A DNA stretch of 32,231 nucleotides, from assembly GCA_016880395.1 (NCBI GenBank), contig JAEHDN010000162.1, forward strand, positions 1-32,231. Direction: 5' to 3'. The notes beneath the pieces are model-generated. The model searched no databases. It saw nothing but the letters and a program-made list of their open reading frames with translations, and was not told where the DNA came from. Made by a program: the position numbers and the translations under genes. Source of the stretch: Candidatus Eiseniibacteriota bacterium (lineage in GTDB: Bacteria > Eisenbacteria > RBG-16-71-46 > SZUA-252). Below, one piece after another: positions 8,546 to 17,244 of the stretch. Each line of letters begins with the position of its first letter. Within the stretch, counting starts at the first letter, position 1.

Positions 8546-9468
8546 AGCGAACGGGCCAGGTCCCCTTCATGCAGCTCAGGATCGGCATCTTCGTCGTGAT
8601 CGCCTGCCTGCTCCTCCTCTGGGCGACCTTCCAGTCGGGCAGCTTCCGCCTGGGCAAGGAGCAGGAGATCCTGGTGCGGTTCGAGCGCATCGGCGGGCTC
8701 GAGGAGGGCGCGATCGTGCGCCTGAACGGCGTGCCGGTCGGCGTCGTGCGGAAGATCTCGCTCGCCCCCGCCACCAACGAGGTCACGGTCAAGCTGGGAG
8801 TGAAGCCGGGCACGCGCGAGCGCCTCCACCAGGGGGCGTACGCCCACATCACCACCGTGGGCTTCCTGGCCGAGCTGTACGTCGAGCTCACCGACGGATA
8901 CGCGACCGCGCCGAGGATCCACTCCGACTCCGAGATCCGGACCGACATGATGGCCGACCCGGCTGCGATCATGAACAAGGCGAACACCATGGCGGACAGT
9001 CTGCAGATCCTCGTGGGCAGCCTGACCGGGGCGGGACGCAGCTTCGCGCAGGGACAGGGTACGCTCGGCCGCCTCAACCGGGACGAGCGCCTCTACGAGC
9101 ACATGGTGTCGCTCACCCACGAGGCGACCCTGCTCACCGAGCGGATCAACCAGAACCAGGCGCGGGTCACGGACCGGCTGGTCATGCTGACCGGCTCGCT
9201 CGACTCCCTCACCTGGCAGCTCCAGCATGGGAACGGCACGGCCGCGCAGCTCCTCCGCAAGGGCGAGCTCTACGACCAGCTCGCGTCGAGCACGGCGCGG
9301 CTCGACTCCATCTTGACCATGGTCGAATCGGGACGCGGGACCTTCGGCCGGATGATGGCCGATACCACGCTCTACGAGGACACGAAGGCGCTGATGGGAT
9401 CGATGAAGCGGCTGATGGCGCAGATCGAAAAGGATCCGAAGAAGTACTTCAAGTTCAGCCTGTTCTAG
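8542..9468 (+). CDS. mlaD: MlaD/MCE-domain protein with an extended C-terminal helical region
   Basis: The GTG at 8542 overlaps the mlaF stop (GTGA) and follows GGAGGA. N-terminal TM helix, then an MCE core (LEEGAIVRLNGVPVGVVRKISL). Confidence 0.85.
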   Translation: MKRTGQVPFMQLRIGIFVVIACLLLLWATFQSGSFRLGKEQEILVRFERIGGLEEGAIVRLNGVPVGVVRKISLAPATNEVTVKLGVKPGTRERLHQGAYAHITTVGFLAELYVELTDGYATAPRIHSDSEIRTDMMADPAAIMNKANTMADSLQILVGSLTGAGRSFAQGQGTLGRLNRDERLYEHMVSLTHEATLLTERINQNQARVTDRLVMLTGSLDSLTWQLQHGNGTAAQLLRKGELYDQLASSTARLDSILTMVESGRGTFGRMMADTTLYEDTKALMGSMKRLMAQIEKDPKKYFKFSLF

Positions 9469-9508
9469 GGGCTCGCGGCCACCGCCGTACGCCCCGGAGC
9501 CCCGCGCC

Positions 9509-12004
9509 TCAGCGCGCGCGAACGACTCGCCGCGTGAAGCTCTCCCCGCCCGCGGTGGCGCGGATCCAGTAGACGCCGCTCGCCGCCGGGCGACCCTTCG
9601 AGTCGTTCCCTCTCCAGACCAGCTCGAGGTTGCCCGCGGGCGCCTGCCCGCGGTAGAGCGTCGCGACCTTGCGACCAGCCACGTCGTAGACCACGACCTC
9701 GACGGTCGCCGCGTCGCGCAGGGTGAGCGAGAGCGTGGCCGCGTGCGACGTCGGGTTGGGATAGGGGGCGCCCAGGATCGCCGGGGGGGTCGTCGAGGGC
9801 GGACCATCGACGACGCCGGTGGGGTGGAGCGCCGCGTCGTAGAGCTCGAAGTCGTCCACCGCAGCCTCCACGATCGATCCCACCCCCTCGTCCTGCGCGA
9901 TGAAGCGCACGCGGACGGCGCCTCCGGGAACGATGTAGTCGCGGACGCGCATGCGCTCGAGGTGCCACTCCGGGTGGCTCTCGTGCGTGTTGAGCATCCG
10001 GACCCACGTGGTGCCGTCGCGCGAGATGTCGACCAGGAGGGAGTCCGGCTCGCCGGGCGTGTTCATGTAGTACCAGCGCCGGAACGCGATCGTCGGCTCG
10101 GTCATGCCGGATATGTCGAGGGGCGGAGTGGTGAGCGTGGTGCGTCCGCCGTCCACGTCCCCGGCGGCGGGGTCGCCGCCCGAGAGTCCGTTGGCCGTGA
10201 CGAAGCAGTAGCCGCTTCCGGGCGTGTAGTCGTCTCCCGGCTGTACCGGTCCCGCCGCGCCGTAGCCCCCTTCGCCCGGCTCCGGATGCTGGGGAGCGCG
10301 GAGCGAGGGATCCGGCGACGCGGGCCCCGACTTGTTCGAGGCCCCCACGTTCGACCCCACGGGGATCGCTCGAAGCCAGAGTCCGTCGATCGCGTTGTCC
10401 CCCGGCGCGCTCAGCGACCAGCCCTTGTCCGTGTCACACGAGTCGTACCAGGCCGCTCGGAGGAGTCGCCAGTCCTGCGTCATCGACCCGCCCGGCTGCA
10501 CGGTCACGGTCCGCTCCTGCGGCACGAAGCCGGGACGGTCCGCGAGGAGCCGGACGGTCTCGGGCATCATCCCGGTCAGGGTGTACGCGCCGAACGATTC
10601 GGTCGTCGCGGCGCGGGGCGTGTCCTCCGCTTCCACCGTCGCTCCCACGATGCCCGCCTGATCGGAGTCGCGACGCACCGCTCCGGAGATCGTCCCGGTC
10701 GGAGCCGTGCTCAGCGTGACGGCGATGGAATCGTGGCTCCCTACCGCGACGGTCACCGGCAGGTACGCGGTCGTGTAGCCGTACTTCCGCACGCGCAGCG
10801 TGTGCGCCCCCGGAGCGAGCGCGAGCCCCGCCGTGCCGCGGAGCTGCGTCCTCGTGGAATCGCTCTCGCCGACCGCGGCGACGTCCACTCCCGTCATCGG
10901 GGCGAGCGCGGCATCTCGAACGAGCACCTTCACCAGCCCGTACTGGGGATTCGAGCGGAAGATGTAGAGCCCGTTCTCGATGTCGCTCGCGATGAAGGTC
11001 CCCGAGGGGAAATTCGCCGATACCTCCCAGACGCCGTGGAACCCCCCGGAGAAGCCGCCGTAGGTGTCGTACCAGCCCCACTCCACGGGCATCGACGGAT
11101 CGTGGAGGTCGAAGAGGTGCACACCCTCCGTGTACCAGGCCACGAACGCGGTGTCCCGCCTCACGTGCACGTTGTGCACGATCGAGAGCGGGTTCACCGT
11201 CAGCTCACGAACCATCGGATGCAACGACAGGTCCGCGATGTCGAAGACCTTCATCGTGCCGTAGTTCTGCTCGTCGCACACGTAGAGATAGCGGCCGTCG
11301 CGCGAGGTCTCCGCGCTGTGGGTCCGCGCGCCGGGGTAGGTCCAGCTCTCGATGTCGTACGGCTGGGTGGGGTCCGAGAAGTCCAGGACGTGCATCGTGG
11401 CGCTCGTGATCCCGCTCGCGTAGAGGGTGTCGTTCCGCACCCAGCTGTCGTGCACGTAGTCGGCCGCGTACGTCCCCACCTCCACCGGATTCTCCGGTTC
11501 CGCGAGCGAGAGGACGCGCATGCCCGCCTGGAGCGCGTCCTGACGCGTGCCGTTCAGGATGAGCAGCGCGCGCGTCGAGTCCACCGACACCGTGTGCTCG
11601 TGGTTGAAGTTGACGGCGTAGGTCCGGACCAGGATCGGATGCTCGGGATCGAGCATCCGTACGATCTGGACGCCCCCTCCCGTCGCCTCGGTGGTGATGT
11701 AGACCCAGCTCCTGTACTGCTTCATCTCGCGCCAGGACGACCCGAGGCCTGCGATGAAGGCCACCTCGTAGGGAGCGCTCGGGTTGGTGATGTTCACGAT
11801 CGACGTTCCGGTCGTGGTGCCGAGGATCGCGTATTCGCGCCCATCGGAGTGCACGTAGCTGCAGCAGGCCGAATAGGCCGCGTAGTTGTCGAGATGGGCG
11901 AGGAGCGTGACGTTCCGCGACACCGCGGCGTCCGAATGGGCGGGGCGGAGCGGTAGGGCCAGGAGCAGGAAGAGGAGGAGCGCGGCGCGGCGCGTGGCGG
12001 TCAT
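9509..12004 (-). CDS. Secreted multidomain protein: LVIVD-repeat beta-propeller, two carboxypeptidase-regulatory-like domains, a jelly-roll domain and a T9SS/FlgD-Ig-like C-terminal domain
   Basis: ATG at 12004 gives a signal peptide, MTATRRAALLLFLLLALPLRPAHS. Repeated LVIVD-type strands (TSIVNITNPSAP, MRVLSLAEPENP, MHVLDFSDPTQP, MKVFDIADLSLHP, VHLFDLHDPSMP). C-terminal PYPNP...VVVYDVAGRKVATL...SGVYWIRA domain. The upstream 113 codons in the track ORF are Arg/Ser/Pro-rich and unlikely to be coding. Confidence 0.75.
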   Translation of the reverse strand: MTATRRAALLLFLLLALPLRPAHSDAAVSRNVTLLAHLDNYAAYSACCSYVHSDGREYAILGTTTGTSIVNITNPSAPYEVAFIAGLGSSWREMKQYRSWVYITTEATGGGVQIVRMLDPEHPILVRTYAVNFNHEHTVSVDSTRALLILNGTRQDALQAGMRVLSLAEPENPVEVGTYAADYVHDSWVRNDTLYASGITSATMHVLDFSDPTQPYDIESWTYPGARTHSAETSRDGRYLYVCDEQNYGTMKVFDIADLSLHPMVRELTVNPLSIVHNVHVRRDTAFVAWYTEGVHLFDLHDPSMPVEWGWYDTYGGFSGGFHGVWEVSANFPSGTFIASDIENGLYIFRSNPQYGLVKVLVRDAALAPMTGVDVAAVGESDSTRTQLRGTAGLALAPGAHTLRVRKYGYTTAYLPVTVAVGSHDSIAVTLSTAPTGTISGAVRRDSDQAGIVGATVEAEDTPRAATTESFGAYTLTGMMPETVRLLADRPGFVPQERTVTVQPGGSMTQDWRLLRAAWYDSCDTDKGWSLSAPGDNAIDGLWLRAIPVGSNVGASNKSGPASPDPSLRAPQHPEPGEGGYGAAGPVQPGDDYTPGSGYCFVTANGLSGGDPAAGDVDGGRTTLTTPPLDISGMTEPTIAFRRWYYMNTPGEPDSLLVDISRDGTTWVRMLNTHESHPEWHLERMRVRDYIVPGGAVRVRFIAQDEGVGSIVEAAVDDFELYDAALHPTGVVDGPPSTTPPAILGAPYPNPTSHAATLSLTLRDAATVEVVVYDVAGRKVATLYRGQAPAGNLELVWRGNDSKGRPAASGVYWIRATAGGESFTRRVVRAR

Positions 12005-12056
12005 GGGGTGCGAAGACCTCGGCGCGGGCTCCGGCGGCCCGTCGCGTCCAGCGAGT

Positions 12057-13046
12057 CTACACCCAGCCTTGCTCGCGATACCAGTCCGCGGTGCGTTGAA
12101 TTCCCTCCTCGAGGGGGAAGCGCGGCTCCCAGCCGAGCTGTGCGCGGATCTTGGCGGACGAGCAGACCCAGTCGCCCGCGCGGATCTCCCGCAGCTTCTC
12201 CCGCGTGAGGAGCGGGGCGCTGCGCGTGAGGAATCCGAGTGCCTCCGAGACGATGGCGCCGGCGTCGAGCAGGAAGAAGGGGGGCGACACGGTCCAGGCC
12301 CACGTGCCGAGCGCGCGCTCGACGCACTCCCCCACCTCCACATAGTCCGTGGCCTCGGGCTCGCCCACGAAGTAGACCTCCCCCAGCGCCCGCGGCTCGA
12401 TGAGCGCGAGACGAACCGCGCGCGCCAGATCCTCCGCGTACACGAGCGTGAACCGCCCGCCCCGCCGGAGCACCGGGAGCACGTGCCGCTTGACCGCGGC
12501 GAAGACCTTGTAGATGGCGGTGTCGCGCGGACCGTAGACGGCGGGGGGCCGGATCACGACGACCGGCAGGCGGCCCTTGAGGAGGAGCGTCAGCTCCTCG
12601 GCGCGGAGCTTGGAGACGCCGTAGGCCGATGCGGGATCGGGGCGCTCCCCCTCGGTCACGGGCCGTCCGTCCGGGGCCGCGGGGCCGGCGACCGACTGGC
12701 TCGACACGAGGAGGAACCGCTCCAGTCCGTCTCCGGCCTGCATGGCGGCGCGGAGCACCCGCTCGGTCGCGTTGACGTTCGCCTCGTGGAATTCCCTCGG
12801 GTACCGGGCCCGCGTCAGTCCTGCCGCGTGGATGATCCATGTGGCGCCGCGGAACGCCTCCGCGATCGGCTCCACGCGGTCGAGCGGGACGCGGGCGATC
12901 TCGGCGGTCGATCCGTCGAGCCAGCGCGTCGAAGAGCCGGGGCGCAGCAGGCAGCGCACGCGCGCCCCGTTCGCGAGCAGCTCGTCGACGATGTGGCTCC
13001 CGACGAAGCCGGAAGCTCCGGTGACGACCGCGAGCGGCGCGCTCAC
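12057..13046 (-). CDS. NAD(P)-dependent epimerase/dehydratase-family SDR reductase
   Basis: Rossmann motif VTGASGFVGSH and catalytic YGVSK (YxxxK). The GTG at 13046 overlaps the upstream stop (GTGA). Confidence 0.85.
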   Translation of the reverse strand: MSAPLAVVTGASGFVGSHIVDELLANGARVRCLLRPGSSTRWLDGSTAEIARVPLDRVEPIAEAFRGATWIIHAAGLTRARYPREFHEANVNATERVLRAAMQAGDGLERFLLVSSQSVAGPAAPDGRPVTEGERPDPASAYGVSKLRAEELTLLLKGRLPVVVIRPPAVYGPRDTAIYKVFAAVKRHVLPVLRRGGRFTLVYAEDLARAVRLALIEPRALGEVYFVGEPEATDYVEVGECVERALGTWAWTVSPPFFLLDAGAIVSEALGFLTRSAPLLTREKLREIRAGDWVCSSAKIRAQLGWEPRFPLEEGIQRTADWYREQGWV

Positions 13047-14137
13047 GGGATCCGTCGTTCGTAGATCCGGTAGACTCCGGCGCGCACGCCGCCGATCCCG
13101 GTGATCAGGTTGTTCACGGCGTCGTTGTCCTCGAGGGTCCAGCCGATCTCGACGTCCGTGTAGCGCCGGCCGTTCAGCGCCTGGACCAGCTCCTCGACGA
13201 GGAGCGGGGCGATGCCCTTTCGCTGCCAGTCGGACCGGACGCCGAGCGCCATGAGCCTCCCCTCCCGGATCCGCGGCAGGTTCCAGAGGAGCCGCACGAT
13301 CCCGAACGGGAAGAGCCGGCCGTCGATCTTGGAGAGGGCCAGGTTGATGTCAGGGATGATCAGTCCGAATCCAACCGTCATGCCGTCGACCTCGACGAAG
13401 CGGACCAGCTCGGAGACGATCGCCGGCCTGAGCTGCTTGGCCATGTGGTCGATCTCGGCATCGGTCATCGGGACGAAGCCCCAGTTGCGCTCCCATGCCT
13501 CGTTGTAGACGCTCTTGACGCGCCCCAGCTCCTCGTCGAAATGGCGCATGTCGATCGGCCGCGCGACGAGCCCCGGCAGCCTCCGCGTCGACGCGGCGAT
13601 CCGGCGGAAGGTGGCAGGGCTTTCCCTGGGAATCGGCGCTCGGAACGAGTAGAGATCCTTCGCCTTCACGAAGCCGGATGCCTCCACCCATCCCGCGTAC
13701 TCCGGCGGATTGTGGGGCATCATGATCGCGGGCCTGCGATCGAAGCCCTCGATGAGGAGGCCGCACTCGTCGTTGGTCGTGAAGCTGAGCGGACCCCGAA
13801 GGACCTCGGCCCCCTGCTCCTTGCCCCAGGCTGCCGCGCGCTCGAGGAGCGCCGCCGCCGCCACCACCGACGTCGCCTCGAAGAAGCCGAAGGCCGCCTG
13901 CCGCTCGCCGTGCGTGAGATCGTGGTTGCGGTCGATCGACGCCGCGACACGGCCCACGACCTCGCCCCCCTCGCGCGCCAGGAAGCAGGCGGCCGTGCCG
14001 TGCTCGAAGAAGGGGTTCTTGCCGGGGGTGAGGCGGGCGTGCTCGTCCGACCGGAGCGGGGGCACCCATCGCGGGTCGTTCCGGTAGCGCGTATAGGGAA
14101 CTTCGATGAAGCGCCGCAGATCCGCGGCGCCCTGCAC
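13043..14137 (-). CDS. Large (~364 aa) GNAT-like N-acyltransferase
   Basis: C-terminal GNAT core with the acyl-CoA pyrophosphate-binding motif (GVRSDWQRKGIAPLL). The N-terminal block FIEVPYTRYRNDPRWVPPL is typical of a widespread ~380-aa GNAT-like family. GTG start; the N-terminus may be slightly mis-set. Confidence 0.7.
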   Translation of the reverse strand: MQGAADLRRFIEVPYTRYRNDPRWVPPLRSDEHARLTPGKNPFFEHGTAACFLAREGGEVVGRVAASIDRNHDLTHGERQAAFGFFEATSVVAAAALLERAAAWGKEQGAEVLRGPLSFTTNDECGLLIEGFDRRPAIMMPHNPPEYAGWVEASGFVKAKDLYSFRAPIPRESPATFRRIAASTRRLPGLVARPIDMRHFDEELGRVKSVYNEAWERNWGFVPMTDAEIDHMAKQLRPAIVSELVRFVEVDGMTVGFGLIIPDINLALSKIDGRLFPFGIVRLLWNLPRIREGRLMALGVRSDWQRKGIAPLLVEELVQALNGRRYTDVEIGWTLEDNDAVNNLITGIGGVRAGVYRIYERRIP

Positions 14138-14169
14138 CGGAATCAGGTCCAGCGCATTTCTCCGGACGG

Positions 14170-15450
14170 CTAGCCCTCTTTCGAGACCAGCTCCAGTCCG
14201 ACCTCCTCGTGCACCTCGCCCACGACCTTGAGGATCGTGTCGAGCTGGTCGTCCTGGTGGGCCGCCATGTACGACGTGCGGAGGAGGTCCCGGCCGGGTG
14301 CGACCGCCGGGACGAGAATCGCGTTCACGAAGACGCCGCGATCGAGGATCTTCTTCCAGACCTGCATCGTCTTCAGCCGGTCACCGATGAAGATCGGCAC
14401 GATGGGCGTTTCGGCGCCGTGGCCGACCTCCAGTCCCTGCGCGCGGAAGCCGGAGCGCATCTTGATCGAGATCTGACGGAGTCGCTCCCGCAGGGCGGGC
14501 TCGGTCTCGATGATCTCGAGCGAGGCCAGCGCGGCCGCCACGCTCGCCGGCGTCATGCTCGCGCTGAAGATGAGGGCGCGCGCGTGGTGCCGGAGATAGT
14601 CCATCACCGCCTTCGGCCCCGCGATGAACCCGCCGAGCGAGGCGAAGGACTTGCTGAAGGTGCCCATGACCAGGTCGACCTGGTCCTCCACGTTCATGGC
14701 CTCGCAGGCGCCGGCCCCGCGCGCGCCGAGCACGCCGATGCCGTGCGCGTCGTCCACCAGGAGCCGCGCGTTGTACTCGCGGGCCAGGCGAACGACGTCC
14801 GGAAGCGGGGCGAGATCCCCCTCCATGCTGTAGAGGCCGTCGACCACGATGAGCTTCCCGGACTTCGCCGGGACGCTGGAGAGGACCCGCTCGAGATCGC
14901 GAATATCGTTGTGACGGAAACGCTTCACATCCCCGAACGAGAGCCGCGCGCCGTCCACGATGCAGGCGTGGGCATCCTTGTCGAGGATGACGACGTCCCC
15001 CTTGTCGGCCAGGGCGGAAATGCTCCCCAGATTCGTCAGGTAGCCGGTGGAGTAGACGAGCGCCGCTTCCTTCCCCATGAAGCGGGCGAGCCGTTCCTCG
15101 AGCTGCTCGTGCAGCTCGAGCGTGCCGTTCAGGAATCGCGAGCCGTTGTTCGAGGTCCCGAAGCGAAGGAGGGCATCCTCGGCCGCCGCGATCACCTTGG
15201 GATGCTTGGTGAGGCCGAGGTAGTTGTTGGACCCGGCCATGATCAGGCGCTTGCCCCCAATCGTGACCTCCGTGCCGTGGTTCTCCGCGATCGGCAGGAA
15301 GTAAGGATAGACGCCGGCCGCCTTGGCCAGCCGATGCTCCTTCCAATCTCGGCACTTGTCGAAGATGTCCAACGCTCGTCCTGTCGTTTGGGATGGGCCG
15401 GTGCGGCCGCTCAGCGGCGCGTTTGAGGAAGTATCCCGAACGATACCCAA
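14170..15450 (-). CDS. Alpha-oxoamine synthase family PLP enzyme (serine palmitoyltransferase-like)
   Basis: GSNNYLGL, DDAHGIGVLG, and the PLP-lysine motif GTFSKSF. N-terminal IFDKC...AGVYPYF resembles the Spt/KBL-type N-terminus. The TTG at 15450 is the most upstream start. A TTG at LDIFDKC, preceded by AGGA, is an alternative. Confidence 0.85.
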   Translation of the reverse strand: MGIVRDTSSNAPLSGRTGPSQTTGRALDIFDKCRDWKEHRLAKAAGVYPYFLPIAENHGTEVTIGGKRLIMAGSNNYLGLTKHPKVIAAAEDALLRFGTSNNGSRFLNGTLELHEQLEERLARFMGKEAALVYSTGYLTNLGSISALADKGDVVILDKDAHACIVDGARLSFGDVKRFRHNDIRDLERVLSSVPAKSGKLIVVDGLYSMEGDLAPLPDVVRLAREYNARLLVDDAHGIGVLGARGAGACEAMNVEDQVDLVMGTFSKSFASLGGFIAGPKAVMDYLRHHARALIFSASMTPASVAAALASLEIIETEPALRERLRQISIKMRSGFRAQGLEVGHGAETPIVPIFIGDRLKTMQVWKKILDRGVFVNAILVPAVAPGRDLLRTSYMAAHQDDQLDTILKVVGEVHEEVGLELVSKEG

Positions 15451-15525
15451 TTCACCCCTTCCGAGTCAATTCGGATGGGGGCCCCGGGACGCCAGTCCCT
15501 TGGCAGACGGTCGGTTGGAGCGGTG

Positions 15526-17244
15526 CTAGCGGATGAGGCGGAGCGTGGTCGAGCGGTTCCCGGACGGGAGGGACAGGACCGCGAAGTAGGCTCCCGAGGC
15601 GCAGGGCGTTCCGTCGGAGCGCGAGCCGTCCCACGCGACCGAGCGGCTCCCGGCGGGGGCGCTGCCCTCGGCCAGGACCCGGACGAGCCTGCCCTGGACA
15701 TCGTGGATGGCCAGGCGGAACCGGGACGGAGCATCGAGCGTGAACTCGATCGTCGTATGTGGATTGAACGGGTTCGGGTGCGGCGTGAGGAATCGGGGCG
15801 CCGCCGCGGGCGACGACGGCTCGACACCCGTGCCGACCGGCGAGAGGCGGAACGCGTACACGTTGGCAGACCCGGAGCGATAGTCCTCCCACGCGAAGAT
15901 CGAGCCACCGAAGCCATCGGCCGCGGACGACGTCAGATGCCTGGTGCCCGCGCTGGTGGCGATGCGCACACCGTTCGGCGACCAGCGGATCGCGCCTGCC
16001 AGTGTCAGGCCCTGTGCGTAGATATCCTCGTCGGTAGCGGCGCCGCGCTCATCGTCCCAGCCCACGACCACGCCGCCGCTCTTGTCGGGCACGATCGTGA
16101 GGGCGAACTGGCCGCTGTCCGCCGTGCAGACGGCGATCCCGTTCCCGACCCAGCCAAGCGCGCCGGTCGAGTCCACGCGCTGCGCGAAGACGTCCGGATA
16201 CCTCGATCCGTTCCGCGAATCGGTCCAGGCGACGATCGCGCCCGCGATGCCGTCGGTCGCGACGAGCGGATGTACTTGGGTGCTGTCCTGGTCGCAGAGC
16301 TGGACGCCGTTCGCGGGCCAGCGCGGCGTTCCGTCGGGCTTGATGCGCTGCACGAAGATGTCGGAGTCGATGCCGTTCCGGGTGTCCTGCCACGTGACCA
16401 GGAGACCGAACTTGCCGTCGGAGGCGATGGTCGGCTCGACCTGATCCTGCACGACGGCGGCTACGGGCACGCCGTCGAGAGCCCAGCGCGGATTGCCGCC
16501 CGAGTCGAGCGACTGCGCGTAGATGTCGTTGTCGAAGGATCCGTTTCGCGCGTCCCGCCAGACCACGAACGCCCCCCCGACGCCGTCGGTGAGGATCCGG
16601 ACGTCGGTCTGCTGCCCAGGCGCGGTGCAGACCGCGACGCCGTCGGGCGTCCATTGGGGCACGCCGGACGCGTTCACGCGCTGCGCGTAGATGTCGCCAT
16701 TCAGCAAGAGGTGCGTGTCGCGCCACGCCACGATCGCCCCGCCGGCCCCATCCGGGGTGATGACCTCGAGGATCTGGTTCCCGATCGCGGTGCAGAGCGG
16801 AACGCCCGTCGCGGGCGTCCAGAGGAGCGTGCCGCTCCCGTTGAGCGCCTGCGCGTAGATGTCGTACGTGCCGGTGCGGCGGTCCTGCCAGGCCACGATG
16901 ATCCCGCCGGAGCCGTTGCCGCAGAGGACGGGCGACTCCTGATGGTTCCCCACGGTGCAGACCGCCACGCCGCCGCTACCCCACAAACGGGTGCCGCCCA
17001 TGTCGAACCGCTGGGCGTAGATGTCGGCGCTGTCCGACCGGAAGTCCTGCCAGACGACGAACAGCCCGCCCGAGCCGTCGGAGATGGTCTGCGAGTTGAC
17101 CTGATTGTTCGGCGCGATCGCGGCCTGATTGCCGTTGGTGGCCCAGGAGCCGAACGCCATTCCGGGCAGGAGGCAACACGCGAAGAGGAGGGACCCGGCC
17201 AGTGGCGAGACGAAGCTCGGGGCGATTCCCGATCGCGGGTGCAT
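15526..17244 (-). CDS. Secreted protein with eight ~55-aa tandem repeats (probable beta-propeller) and a T9SS/FlgD-Ig-like C-terminal domain
   Basis: ATG at 17244 gives a signal peptide (MHPRSGIAPSFVSPLAGSLLFACCLLPGMAFG). Eight units match DG.GG..V.W.D.R.....DIYAQR....G...W...GV.VC. C-terminal PHPNPFNP...LAIHDVQGRLVRVL...SGAYFAVL domain. Confidence 0.75.
   Translation of the reverse strand: MHPRSGIAPSFVSPLAGSLLFACCLLPGMAFGSWATNGNQAAIAPNNQVNSQTISDGSGGLFVVWQDFRSDSADIYAQRFDMGGTRLWGSGGVAVCTVGNHQESPVLCGNGSGGIIVAWQDRRTGTYDIYAQALNGSGTLLWTPATGVPLCTAIGNQILEVITPDGAGGAIVAWRDTHLLLNGDIYAQRVNASGVPQWTPDGVAVCTAPGQQTDVRILTDGVGGAFVVWRDARNGSFDNDIYAQSLDSGGNPRWALDGVPVAAVVQDQVEPTIASDGKFGLLVTWQDTRNGIDSDIFVQRIKPDGTPRWPANGVQLCDQDSTQVHPLVATDGIAGAIVAWTDSRNGSRYPDVFAQRVDSTGALGWVGNGIAVCTADSGQFALTIVPDKSGGVVVGWDDERGAATDEDIYAQGLTLAGAIRWSPNGVRIATSAGTRHLTSSAADGFGGSIFAWEDYRSGSANVYAFRLSPVGTGVEPSSPAAAPRFLTPHPNPFNPHTTIEFTLDAPSRFRLAIHDVQGRLVRVLAEGSAPAGSRSVAWDGSRSDGTPCASGAYFAVLSLPSGNRSTTLRLIR
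15832..17136 (-). repeat. Eight tandem ~165-nt coding repeats (protein-level ~55-aa units)
   Basis: Periodicity read from the translation (residues ~37-471). The units have diverged at DNA level. Confidence 0.7.
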
